Origin: Schmidtea polychroa
Lineage: Eukaryota
Length of the DNA: 60,000 nucleotides
Assembly (NCBI GenBank): GCA_044892525.1
Contig: CM097885.1
Span: forward strand, 39,124,001 to 39,184,000
Direction: 5' to 3'
Both the position numbers and the translations under genes were made by a program. Below are positions 38,602 through 51,304 of the stretch, in pieces (the first letter of the stretch is position 1; each line of letters begins with the position of its first letter). The notes beneath the pieces are model-generated. The model saw only the letters and a program-made list of their open reading frames with translations, ran no database searches and had not been told where the DNA came from.

Positions 38602-39378
38602 ATGGATTTTATGAATATTTCATTATACTTTTTATTGCTTCTATCAAAAATTAAACGAATTTTATTTTTTTTCATTGGTCTCTATAAAAATAAATTACCA
38701 TTATTATTGTCGATTTCTAATTCAAATATATCAGATTATTTATCAAATGCACTTATTAATATTCCTAAATTTCCACATCAAATTTCTTTAATTATTCAAG
38801 AAGATATCAGTTTAGAGTCATTATCAGATATATTACTGTGGTCTTTTTCCATAGGAATTTCTTGTATATCTATATATGACATTAAAGGTAAATTTCTTAG
38901 TTATATTTAGTATTTTTTAATTTTTTTTCTAGGGGAAATTATATTTCTGAAAGGTAATTTGTTGAACAAGGTTACCAAAAAATTAAAGAGTTATCCAATA
39001 ACTTCTCCGATCTCTATTTATTTAATGTCAGAAAGTAATTTAGTTGGTTTGATAATTTTATTTATTAATGCCAAAAGAAAATAAAATACAATCTTCAAAC
39101 AACGAGCTCTGTGTAATTTTGCTGGGTTACAATTCACCGAAATCGATGCTGGTGGATTGTGCTAAGTATTTGTGCAGTCAAAGTGATAACAGTATAATTA
39201 AGGATGCTGATATTGATTCCTATTTGGCGAGTAATAGTTTATTTAGTATGTTTTCTTTATTAATGATTTTCATTTTAGAAATGACACGGATTGACAATCC
39301 TGAGCTGTCGATAAATTTCGGTAATGATTGCTCGTTAATTGGTCTGATGCCATGGCAATCTGGTAACACTGAATTAAT
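38602..39378 (+). CDS. NUS1: Dehydrodolichyl diphosphate synthase complex subunit NUS1 (Nogo-B receptor); last exon not located
   Basis: KFPHQISLII...LSDILLWSFSIGISCISIYDIKG and NPELSINFG...GLMPWQSGNTEL match NUS1. Short GT-AG introns; donor at 39379. Confidence 0.87.
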
Positions 39379-41544
39379 GTAAGCTTATTAAATGTATAAT
39401 TCTAATTCAGATAAGTTTATTTTAATTTTATTAAAATCAATTAAAATGAAATTAATATTTTTTAAATGATACGCAAAAATTAATTTTCTGCAATCCTATT
39501 GGTTGAAAAGTTCAATAATAATTTTATGTAGATATAATATTATTAATGGCATTTTTTTGGATTTGAAGCGAAGAAACATTTAAATTAGATTTTGTAAAAT
39601 GAAAAAAAAGTCGTAATAAGTTTGTTCGTGTAAATACTAGGTAGATCGATAATAGTGGTTTTTGTACATATCAACAGGATAAATATTTCACGATTAATGC
39701 TTCTGATTTCACTGATTTTTATTATTTTTTAAAAATTATTAATAAATTCAATTTTTATATAATATATATGAATAAAATTGTTTTACTGCAATCCCATTGG
39801 TTTAAATTTTATTCATAAAATACAGTGAATATCTAAGGAACAACAGCATTTCTGTGGACAAGGAATATGTTTAAATATGATGTAAAAGCAAGTGAGAGGC
39901 AATATTAAAATTGTTGGCACATCAGAGCGGAGAGGTGCAATCGATATTGATTAATGTTTTGTGTAGAAATTTCCCGCATATGTCATATGTCACTATTAAT
40001 GTTTCTGATTTCGCAAAACAATTTAATAATTTTAAATATTTGAATAACTTAATTTTCCTGCAATTCTATTGGTTGAGATTTGAATTATAATATATATTAT
40101 GGATATTTGAGGAATATGGTATATTTTTTATGAAAATGAAGCAAAACACAATTAAATTTTATTAGTAGAAGCAAGTGATACGTTTTTCATTTTTTCAATG
40201 GATAACCTTGGATAATCGATGACAAAGTTCACTGAGGATAATCTAAAGGTGTAAGGACAAAAAATATATAAATCAGAGATTTTCAAAAACTAACTCGTTT
40301 AATGAAACTAGCACAGTTTTGAAAATTAGGATCTTCATAAAGAAAGACAGTAAAAATAAAACTGATGAATTAAAACTGACGAATCATTATTAAGTATATG
40401 CTATTATTTGGAAATTGGTAGTTGAGAAAGAATACAAATACAAACTTTCATATCGAACTACAAAGTAAAGTACAAATTATGCTTATAATCGAATCTTTAA
40501 CGTGTTTAATGAAAAAACAACAGAATAGGGATTATGTTAAACTGTGATATAAAATCATAATAAATAAAGTTATGTCCATTTGCGTAGGATTATTTAGATA
40601 TAGTTGAAAGCTACCGTAATAAAAAAGCCGAGCTTTCATTTAAATGAATTATATCCTGCCAGCTGTTTCAAAAAAATCTTATAAACCAAATGGCTTATAT
40701 GGCTTTTTTATTTCTTTCCTTAACAGCGTTATCTTCGATATTTTTACCGAAAATATTTTTAAAAATCTAAAAGCCAAGTGCTACAGCAAGATAAAAAAGA
40801 AAATTTAAATCAATATTTACACTTTTTATCAATAAAAATTTACAATTCAATAATCGTGAAAATCAATAATTGCACTCTTAAATCAATAAAAATTTTAAAA
40901 AATCAATAATCACGACTTAACCTTGAAGGAGGACCCTCTTGCTAACCAGTGCGCGGATACTAATGGAGGGATCATGGGCTCGCATCTACCTACTTATTTA
41001 TATACTATTATTCTTATTCCGGATGCAGGCTATTTCTTAAGGTTGAATAGCCCCGATTTATAATCAATTAGCGAGGAAATTTGAATAATATTTACGAAAG
41101 TCTTTCTTGAAAACATCTAAAATGATGTTTTCTACCTAATTTATTCTATTATATTCGGGTTTCATAATTTTATTATTTTTATTGATTACAGTAAAACTAG
41201 ACTTTCTCATACAATCACTCGCCATTCTCTATAAAATATCAATCCAATAATAGCAACTAAAATGATTTATTGATACCGACTTACTAGTTTCCGATTTCAA
41301 CTCCATTTCTAAGATAAACCCCAATTTAATCTATGTCAATAGTTCAATTGGGTTTGAATTTTAAAAATCTTTTGAAATTTTGTTCAATTCTCAAAAAAAA
41401 ACATCGTTGAAAAACTGTAAATTTTTTTCACTTTCTTCAGTCCCTAATAAATTTTCCACGTGTTAATGGATCTCTCAACAAATCAGGATGCCAAACTTTA
41501 AAATATTTACTGTAGTTATAAAGATATCATAATTTTTTAAATAA

Positions 41545-42580
41545 TTTATTTCAGAATGTAAATTAATATTTTTATTGATTTAATTAATTAAATAAATTAT
41601 TGATCGATGGTATGAAGTGAATATTAAAGAAATTGATAATGAATAAAATCTATCAATGGCGAAAAGGATAAAAGATTTAATATTTTGTCAAATCCCATCA
41701 ATGACGATCTGATTGATTTTATCATTCAGCGATCCCTTGTCTCTATAAATATTATTAGACGCTTGACATTTAGTCTGTCAAATATCTGATCTTTACCATT
41801 TGTAACCGTTAACAAATTCTTCGCCTGGATTTTTGATAAGGAATCCACAATCAGCTGGTGTAGTAAATATTGTATATAATCATAAAAATATTCAGTTTGT
41901 AGTACAAATTCCAGACATAAAGTCGCATAGCAAAGATCAGTGATATTTTATTGAGTACCTTAATTTACATTATTTCTCAACCTTGTCACATTTCCACCAG
42001 TATTTCTATTGGGTTTTCATTTCAGTTTCCACCCGACCCATCACCAGATATCAGTTTCCGATTACATTGACCTGTTGTCGAATTTTGCAAACAGAAACCA
42101 GAGGTGGGGCAAATAATCCGGTTTACCATTATCGATTGAGCATTTTCCAACTATTTTTGTACAGAGATACTCAATTTCTGGACGCTTTGTAGAGGGTCGA
42201 AATTACTATTGTAGTGCTATTATTAATTGATTTTTTTTGGATTAAATAAAAATGTTTCGATTTTGTTCATTTTTCATTGCAAATTTAAATTTGATTTTTG
42301 TGAATAAATCTATACAAATCGTAACGGTTTGCGGTCGAGCCGTTTTTGGCACACTTTTAAACAAATATCAATTTATTTCACTTTAAAATCGATTGCACAT
42401 TATTTAATCGATATCAGTTTATTGAGCATTCTTGTGAACTAATATTTATTTCAGACTGTAAATTAATATTTTTATTGATTTAATTAATTAAATAAATTAT
42501 TGATCGATGGTATGAAATGAATATTAAAGAAATTGATAATGAATAGAATCTATCAATGGTGAAATGGATAAAAGATTTTA
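41545..42580 (+). repeat. ~135-bp near-identical direct repeat (41545-41680 and 42445-42580)
   Basis: TTTATTTCAGA.TGTAAATTAATATTTTTATTGATTTAATTAATT...GGATAAAAGATTT occurs twice. Confidence 0.85.
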
Positions 42581-44020
42581 ATGAAAAAATATATTCTGAA
42601 AGCCTTTCAATAGCTTCTGCAAATTTGGAAACATTATTACAATACCAATGATAAAAAATTTAATAATAAATCTATAAAAATCGTAACTGTTTGTGATGAA
42701 GCTGTATTGGCATACTTCTAAACATTTCAATTTATTGAACGTTTCTGTGAAAGTTACTATGGCACGTCGGCTTGTCTGTCATTTGAAATTGTTCCCTTTG
42801 TGATTACCTTCTCTATCTCCTTGTGTAATATTCCTAATGGATATTCCCTTTAGATTTTCCAAGCACAATAGTTTTATCGATTTGTGAACATTTTTAAATC
42901 CTTTATATTAATTTCGCGGATGTTGAATGAATTTTGCAAGTGCTAAGTAACCTACTTTATACTAAAAATTGGCTTTTTTGATTCATTTTTGTTTAAAGCA
43001 TAAAAAATACTCGAACGGCAAGATCTGGGATTACGAAATCTGTACAGCTTTTATAGAATCTAAAGCTATGGATTCAACGCAATCTTTTGTTTGTTCCAAC
43101 CAACACAAAACAATAAAAGTATTTTTAATGAACGGGTAGTCAATGAAGTTGTAATTATAGTTGGAAAGGAATTTGATAATGAAGACATTGTTGCAAATAC
43201 AGAAGCACAAACCAAAAATGTGTTAAAATAATTTAACTATGAATCGACAATTTCTGAGAACTTAATTTGTTTATGGGCCTTTTTCCCCCAGTGTTTTCGG
43301 TGATATATAAATTCAATAAACCAAGTTTTATTTGCTCACTAGATTATTTATTTTACCAATTCCTATTATTACGTGACAATAATAACACTCTAAAATCTTA
43401 ATTGTTTACTTACCAGACTTTTCAAAGTAATAATTTAACGATTTTTTGCTTATGCACAACTTTTTACTTTTCTACAATCAACACCGAGACGGAAAATAGA
43501 ATGTTAATGCGTTCAAGTCAACTTTTGAGTATTCAGAACCGCTCGAGAACGTTATAAAAATTAAAATTTTTGATTGATTTTATGTTACATTTTTAATTAT
43601 CTCTTTTTTAGTTTTAAGACACATGCACAATTATTTTTATTATCATCTAATCAAAACAAATAAATTATATACTGAACTCTGCGTATCCAAGTTTTATACA
43701 GTCACTCTGGGACACGTTAGTGCCAATGGAGATCTAGACAAAGGTTGGTGGAATGCTGGTACGTTCTACGTGTTGAGGTCTCGATATTTGGGAACACTCA
43801 ACTTATCTGGTTCTTATATATATATATATATCAAAATAAGTCTATGGATAAATATTTATTAAAACAAAATTTACCAAATAATAGATGAATTTCAATTTCT
43901 AAATCGATCTACACAATTTATCCAAATACTTCTTTTATTCTATTATATTCTCTAAAAATGCTTGTGAAATATTGTGTTTTGTTATTATGTTGTGTCGTGC
44001 GTGTATATGTATAATTACTG

Positions 44021-47000
44021 TGTTGGGCTGAATCGAAGGGTAGTTGAGAAATTAGGGCAAACTTAACTAAAATAAAATAAAAAATAAAAACAAATAAATT
44101 GACAAACAAAATAGAATAAAACATAAGAAAAACAATAATTAGAAAATAGGAATTAAAACAAAAAATATAAAGATGAGAAAAAATTAAAATAGGACAATAG
44201 AATGGCGGAAAACAACGTAAAATATAGTAAATAATAAGAAAATTAAGGAAAATAAATAAAAACATAATTTTAATAAAGAAAGTAAGAAGAAATAACTCAA
44301 AAACAAGGAAAATAAATTAAATTAATAAAATTAAGCGGTACTCAATTCTAATTGGTCCGCGCAAACAAAAAATTAATATATAAGCAGGCATTAAAAACAT
44401 AACAATTACTGTTAATCAACCACCTCAATAGGTAAGCGAAATTTAAACAAAAATACTGTTAATCAACCACCTCAATAGGTAAATCTATTCTACGACAGAA
44501 CAGAACTCCAGCAACTAACGCACGATAACTCACGAGGACAATCCCAAGATTCAAGAGATTTTTACAGAACTAGACGATATTCGAGCATTAACTGATTCGA
44601 CATAGTACCCTTTTCGACTCAGCCCATACTTGTATCAATCATTCAGTAAGGATTTTTGATTGCTTATTTTGAATTTTTAAGTAATGCGTATAGTTTAATA
44701 ATATTTTTAATTTAAAAAATGGTTTTTCTTTTCGTTTGATTTTCGAATGCTTTACTTAAATTAATAATTTGCTTAATAATAAATGATTTGCTCGTTAAGA
44801 ATTATTGATCTTTTATGAATTAATTTGTATGAATTATTGGAGACTATTCAATTTTGCGAGAAACGTGGCGTTGAGATACTCTATGTCATGGTGTGAGGTG
44901 CCTTCGGGAGCTCCACCGGTGGACATAGGGTATTTCAATCACGCAGCTAGATTGGGCCGAAATGTGAGGGCTTCTTCACGGGTCCAATTGCTGAAGGTGC
45001 GACTAAAAGCTATAGGTAAATGGTGGCAGAAAATTGATAGTCATGTAGTGATTGAAAACAAAGATATATAATAAAGGAATCGGAGAGTTTGGATGTATTC
45101 GCGCAGTGATTGAGGGTGTCGCACTATCGTCTTCAAATATCGTTTTTGCTAAACCTAAAAATCTCTCTATCATCAATGTAGGTTGTGCGTCAAAAATTGT
45201 TCAAACCTTAATGAGGCTATCTGTGACATATCTTTGATGTTCATACCTTTCACTCAGAATCTGTTCCGACCAATTTTAGCCTATGACCTTTTGAACTATT
45301 ATTCCGTTCACCTAAAAGTTCTCTTAAAGACATCGTTGCAAGGAAGCTCAAAGTAGATTGCTTCAGATAATTATTGGAATTATTCCAAATGACTGTTTAC
45401 GGATAAATTGTAGAACTACGTAAAATAATTTATTATAGATAATTGTTAGAACTTCATAAAACGAGTTTGTTCCAATTAAAATTTTGAATTACATAAAATA
45501 ATTTACTTCAATTAATTTTTTTTTGAATTATATAAAAATATTTACCTATAATCAATTATCATAATTACACGAACTATTGGCATCAAATAATTTAAAATGA
45601 AAAATGCAACCAATTCGAACCAAGAAAATATATTTCTTCAAGTTAACCGATAATCTTGTTAAATACAAAATTCCAGTATTACATGAGGTTGGCAATCCAG
45701 CAGAGATAGGAAAAAATCCTCCAGCACTTAGAGAGTAGATTGATAAACTAGGCTTGAGGAATTAGAGACGAAAAATCCACCCTTGGAGCAAGCAGTATCC
45801 AACATTTGCAATATAGATAATTTTAATTTTTCCAATAATCCGGTGAGAATTAGTAAATCATCACCATATGCCGTAGAATTGTGAGCGAATACGCGGTGGA
45901 TAAAATTCTGAGAGAATGCCATCATGCAAACATTCAACGCCTGCATTGGTAGTATAATTAAGCGGGTGAAAGCGCACCTGGCATGCGTCACCAGTTGCAG
46001 ACTTACCTAATAGCCAAGTACAGTAGACAAAGTCACACACGCATCTACTCATGAAAAATTAGATCGAACATGCCAATTAAACTACCGACAGCTATCAGAT
46101 TTCACCGCTTCGGATTAAGAGTCAATCACTGGGCTGACATTACCTTATCTACCCAGCAGGTATGATCGACTACTAGCTCACACTGATACCGTGCTCAGTT
46201 GTTATAAAGACACTAACATTTAATGATAAACTCGATCATAATTATGAGTATTCTCTCGTTATTATCTTAGCATGAATGGCACCGAAATTATTTCATTTTT
46301 TGACATAGTTATCATTAATATTAGTATCGAATATTGTTAAATAAATATTATGTAAACCAGGTAAAACACATACGTGAGTAATTAAAGAAAATGAATAAAC
46401 AATTAAAAATTTAAATAACCTTCCGTTTATCCTGTAGGAACTAATCAACAGGCATTATGGACCCCTTTTCCATAGATAGTCACTCGACCCCAATATATGA
46501 TACACTCAGTAAAAGCACTCGTACGGGGGGAGAAGTCGACAATTTAAATCGATTCTCGGTAAACGTGAAATAATGACTCCAAGCGGATTAAATAAATAAT
46601 CAGTTTCATCGACATAGAATTTCTCTCACAAACAGTAATATCTTCCTTTTCCTTGTGCGAAATCTGGGTTGATTGATTTATCTTCTTATAATTAAAGCCC
46701 CGAAAGGGTACGAGAATCCATCGCGTAGTAGAACTTGTCCTGACTGGTAAACCCTTATTTTTGTCTATGATCAGTACAGTATGAATGTAGTCAGGTGGTG
46801 ACGCTCCCGCTGATTTAATTATTTTCATTTTCTTTTTCACAGTCGCTCAAAATGTTGCCAAATTCCAAGCCCGTTCTTCGACCTTGTTTTTCTTGCTCCG
46901 ACAAGAATTCAATTATCAAAGAGCTCCAGGCCCAAATTGGCAAGCACAAAAGAAGGATAGATGAGTTAGAGGGGACATGGTTTAGTCCCACCCAGATGAA

Positions 47001-48165
47001 GGAGGCTCAGAAGAAGCTGCACCGAAGCGAGCACTGTAGAGACGCGTTGATTTCCGAGAGTCGGGCGCAGAGGAGCCTGATAAAAGAGCAGTCGGAGGCG
47101 CTGCACAAATTGTACGTCCAGGCCGCAACTACAAGGAAGATCGCGAAGATCCCGATTAACGAAGCCAGTAACCTTTTCCCAGCACATCATGATATCTCTG
47201 GCGGGTCTTCTCCTCCAGTCGGAAAGTCCTGCCATGGGTGCGTAGAGACCGAGCTCTCACCTAAAGGACCAGAAATCATCTTTACCGGAACCAGTAAAGT
47301 GCTACCTGCGATAGCATCCACCTCAGCAGCACCCTCGACCAACCAAACAGCATCGAAGCCAAAGCGTCGACAATTATCGAGAGCAGAACGAAAGAAAAAA
47401 CAGCGGGAACGCATAACCGCCAAACAGAACCAGCAATCGTCGGATCATCCAATCAAAGTCATCAACCCCCCTGCAGCAATCGATTTAGCACCAGTGATCT
47501 CAGGGCGAATCATCTCCGCCGCTGGTGTTACCTGGGAGGAAAACGCCTCTGAGTTTTTCGATTTGGAAGATCTATTGGCAGACTCGGAGTGGGAGAAATG
47601 AGAACTTCCCCGTAAAAAGTCTTCGTTCTCTGAATTGACCTGAACATTGTCTGATAACATTTTACCTTGTCTCTTTTCCCGTTGTCGTGAACTTTATTGT
47701 ATAGGTGTTAGATATATTTGTGTGATAATCTTAATAATAAACCATTTTTGTCTGCATACGTTCTTTTTGTGTTCATCTTAAGACAGTTGAGTTGAAATTG
47801 GTAAATGGTATTGAGAGTCATAAAATTATGAGGAGCATTAGTCAGTTGGTAAACTCAGCTAGAAATATTGCGATGGGGCGACGGAATGAGTAGACGTAAG
47901 TCCTTCTATCGGCAGTCAGGGTTGGGAAGTCGAGGCCTCAGTAAGGAGTAGTCCGAAGGAGCTGGCTCACCTGCTTACTGGCGTCTCGCCGGCATAGCAC
48001 AGTTCCAACGTGAAGCAATTCACGGGTGCTATGTTGGAGTGTAAGTTATGTACGGGTCCCGCTCGGCGATGACCAAATAAATGACGGGCGAAATCGAGGT
48101 GGGCATTCATCCTCTAGACTAAAGCTGCACTAGAAAGGGGTCATCCGAGTAGTGTACCCGCAACA
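44021..48165 (+). repeat. 5' LTR, ~4.1 kb
   Basis: TGTTGGG...CCCGCAACA termini, followed after 7 nt by the PBS. Collinear with the solo LTR at 33952. The 3' LTR is outside the window, so the left boundary is inferred. Confidence 0.75.
46852..47601 (+). CDS. LTR-encoded 249-aa protein: CxxC, coiled coil, LEGTWFSP motif, basic NLS-like patch, acidic tail
   Basis: Intact GC-rich ORF with homologues at 36106 and 18297; AATAAA at about 47736. Confidence 0.85.
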   Translation: MLPNSKPVLRPCFSCSDKNSIIKELQAQIGKHKRRIDELEGTWFSPTQMKEAQKKLHRSEHCRDALISESRAQRSLIKEQSEALHKLYVQAATTRKIAKIPINEASNLFPAHHDISGGSSPPVGKSCHGCVETELSPKGPEIIFTGTSKVLPAIASTSAAPSTNQTASKPKRRQLSRAERKKKQRERITAKQNQQSSDHPIKVINPPAAIDLAPVISGRIISAAGVTWEENASEFFDLEDLLADSEWEK

Positions 48166-48172
48166 TAATTTT

Positions 48173-48190
48173 TGGGGGCTCAGCCGGGAT
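48173..48190 (+). promoter_or_regulatory. Primer-binding site, tRNA-Pro
   Basis: TGGGGGCTCAGCCGGGAT is 16/18 identical to the MLV tRNA-Pro PBS TGGGGGCTCGTCCGGGAT. Confidence 0.92.
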
Positions 48191-48490
48191 TTAGAGTGAA
48201 ATTTCCATTGACTAGTGTAAACTGGATAAGGATGTTATTGAGTGAATTTCTGTCGAATAGAGTGAACTCACCGGGGATCAGTGATTTCAATGGGTTAGCG
48301 AGTGCAAATTGACTAATGCTTATCGAATCTTATTATAAATCACGAATAGAAAATAATAAAATTAAAAATATAAATAAAGCAAATTTAATGATAGAGAAAT
48401 AAGATAAAAGTAAAATAATGATAACGAGTTAGAAAAGAGAATGTTTGACGAAACGAAGTCATATATTACTGAAACATTTTTTTTATAGAC

Positions 48491-48976
48491 ATGACGGAAT
48501 TCGTAGACCAGATACAACAACTAATCAACTTCATAAACATCGAGAATGACTCCCTTAAAACGCTGACACAAAAAAGAGAAAGAATTAACATCATACTACT
48601 TCAAGCAATCGGGCAAACACCAGTCGTCCCCAACCACATGTTATTAGCCACAGGACTAAGTCACCCAGATGGGAAGGTAAACCCGGAAACCGTGTATCAA
48701 TGGTATCAAGAGAGATTGAACCACCCAGCATTAAATCTTGATTATCAACGTATAAAAGATCCACTAAATACCATATCAGATACAATCGAGCGGAAAATAC
48801 AAGAAAAACTGACTCTACTACGAACTTGTCGTGCTTGTAAACTTCGTCCTATTCGCGTACTGTTTTTGCCGTGTGGACACCTCAGTCACTGCGAAGAATG
48901 TGTGAACGATTTAAAACGATGTACGATATGTAGGCATGAAATAAAAGAAACTCATATGGTTTATTATGGTGAATAA
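48491..48976 (+). CDS. IAP-type C-terminal RING finger (C3HC4) protein without a BIR domain
   Basis: CRAC...VLFLPCGHLSHCEEC...LKRCTICR..I...MVYY matches the IAP/MDM2-like terminal RING. Confidence 0.9.
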   Translation: MTEFVDQIQQLINFINIENDSLKTLTQKRERINIILLQAIGQTPVVPNHMLLATGLSHPDGKVNPETVYQWYQERLNHPALNLDYQRIKDPLNTISDTIERKIQEKLTLLRTCRACKLRPIRVLFLPCGHLSHCEECVNDLKRCTICRHEIKETHMVYYGE

Positions 48977-49540
48977 AACTGTTACAGCTACAATGACATC
49001 TATGAACATCAAATTGATACTGACAATTGAATGAGAATGAATGTAATTGTTGTGTGAAATTTTATTAAAGTTTTAAATTTTATTTCTATGACGAATAAAT
49101 TTTTGTTGTGAACTGAGTAATTTATGGCTTTTAATTTTATTTTATAACTTTGTTTTGGAATCAAACGAAAAGAAAACCGAAATAACGTGGAATTAGTCCC
49201 AATATAGGCTGTAAGGGTACAAACCGAGCCACCTTAGGGCGGTACGTTCTATCATACGATAAAACCAATTGGGAGGGGATAACCGATCAACCTAAGTGAG
49301 GAGCGTAGGGCGGGGTACCATCGCAAATGATGAGAAGTTTCTGCGGCATGACTGATCACCATGCCAATGTAGAAATGGATCATCGCGATCGTCGTGCGTT
49401 TTGAGCAAGGGGGGAAAGGGGACACACTCCCGAGCGGTAAAGATTAAGTCAACAAATTAAAAATAGACAGAGAAAATGGTAATCTTGAGTAAAAGAAGAA
49501 AAGAGAGGTAGAAGCATGCAGAGTAAAGAATGTTAAAGCT

Positions 49541-49940
49541 GAGCTGTTGAATAGTGCCAGCCAGTCGTAAGATCGAGTTGTTGAATAGTCCAACCGATCA
49601 GAAGGAGGAAGATTGAGCTGTTGAATAGTGCCAGCCAGTCGTAAGATCGAGTTGTTGAATAGTCCAACCGATCAGAAGGAGGAAGATTGAGCTGTTGAAT
49701 AGTGCCAGCCAGTCGTAAGATCGAGTTGTTGAATAGTCCAACCGATCAGAAGGAGGAAGATTGAGCTGTTGAATAGTGCCAGCCAGTCGTAAGATCGAGT
49801 TGTCGAATAGTCCAACCGATCAGAAGGAGGAAGATTGAGCTGTTGAATAGTGCCAGCCAGTCGTAAGATCGAGTTGTCGAATAGTCCAACCGATCAGAAG
49901 GAGGAAGATTGAGCTGTTGAATAGTGCCAGCCAGTCGTAA
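49541..49940 (+). repeat. 74-bp tandem repeat, 5.4 copies, in the retroelement leader
   Basis: Units start at 49541, 49615, 49689, 49763, 49837 and 49911; nearly identical. Confidence 0.97.
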
Positions 49941-51304
49941 AGGCCTAGAAAAGCGAGAGATAGCAGTTAAGCTACAATGAGCTAATATCTGAATTAATAG
50001 AGAAAGGGAATATTAAAGCTAGCTAGAAACAAATTGAATGTAATTACGGAAATTTGAGTTTAGAGAGGAAATAAACGAGCTCGTAGAAAAGATAATAAGA
50101 TTATAATGAAAAAGGAAAGGGAAGAAGGAAACGAATTAAAGAGATAATGGAAAATAAAGAATAGGCGAAACGATGATAATGAGTAAAGAGGAAAGTAACC
50201 AACTAATTAAAGGGATCCCAGTGAGGTAGAGAAACTCTACAGAATATTTTTTTTGGTTAAACCGGGAAAATGCATTTTATTGGTTCCAGAGTAGAACCGA
50301 GCGTAATAATAGTAAATATGAAAAGTAAAATAGCGACAACAGCGCAAAAGGAATAGGAAAACGAAGGGGGGTAATAAGCAGAGACCGACAACGACCTATT
50401 TTTACTATAATTGATAACGAATAGATAATTATTACGACTTGATAGATAATTGTTACTACCCCATATAGATAATTTAAAATCGACGAAAAATTCGGGCTGA
50501 TGGGAGATTATAACCCGCGGAAGTAATTGCATAAAAAATAGGGGAAGCATAAACAGAACCTAAAAGGTGTCTGTGTTCGAACGTTGTTGAAAGAATGATG
50601 AAGTCGTGTAAGCAAATGCAACACGAGATCATTTTTTCATTTTAGATATCAAACCAATCCAGTCAACCAAGACAATCCAGAACCTGCACAAAAGGAATTC
50701 GAAGAAATCGACAATCGACCAAGAATAAATTCATTCAGAACCCGCACCGAGAGACACAACAACCGGAAGACTCCAGAACGGAAGAAGATACAGATAGCGA
50801 CATCTCCAACTTCGAACGAATCATCGATATATTCAACCTCATAATATTAGCAGCCATCTGTCAAGGACTAGTGAATCTCCTCAGAATCACAGTAGCAGAT
50901 TCATACAGAATATTTATCGAAGGAAACACAATCAGAACCGAACTCGTCCAATTCAATAGCCGCTAATTACCAAGAAGCGTAAGAAAGGAATCACGGATAA
51001 ACCCAATCTTAGATCTTCAAGTAAGCCAGGAGACGTATTATTTTCAGGAGACGAATTACAACAACTCAAAAGAGGACGATCTATTAAACAGCAAAGAGGA
51101 ATATCACAAGGATCAAGAAGAACCAATCAAGTACCTATATTTGATCAAGAAAATCTCGGATACACCCCTAGTCGATCTCGAAGCAGAGAAAGTCTGTCCG
51201 ACATCACTAATAGTTTAGCAACGTCAACCGAGGAATTATCAGCCCAAAGTTTAATCACATCGTTAGACAATTTAAAAGAAACAGACGAATCTAGAACACC
51301 AATC

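Noticed and set aside
39400..40200. Three ~290-bp degenerate repeats containing CTGCAATCCTATTGGTT
   Set aside because: Old intronic tandem duplication or repeat relic; no evidence of function.
49541..49940. CRISPR-like appearance of regular repeats (also 1850-2565)
   Set aside because: No unique spacers, eukaryotic context, no cas genes.
50595..50960. Possible spliced N-terminal extension of Gag from ATG 50595
   Set aside because: All three frames contain stops before 50966, so no continuous join to the polyprotein frame can be shown.
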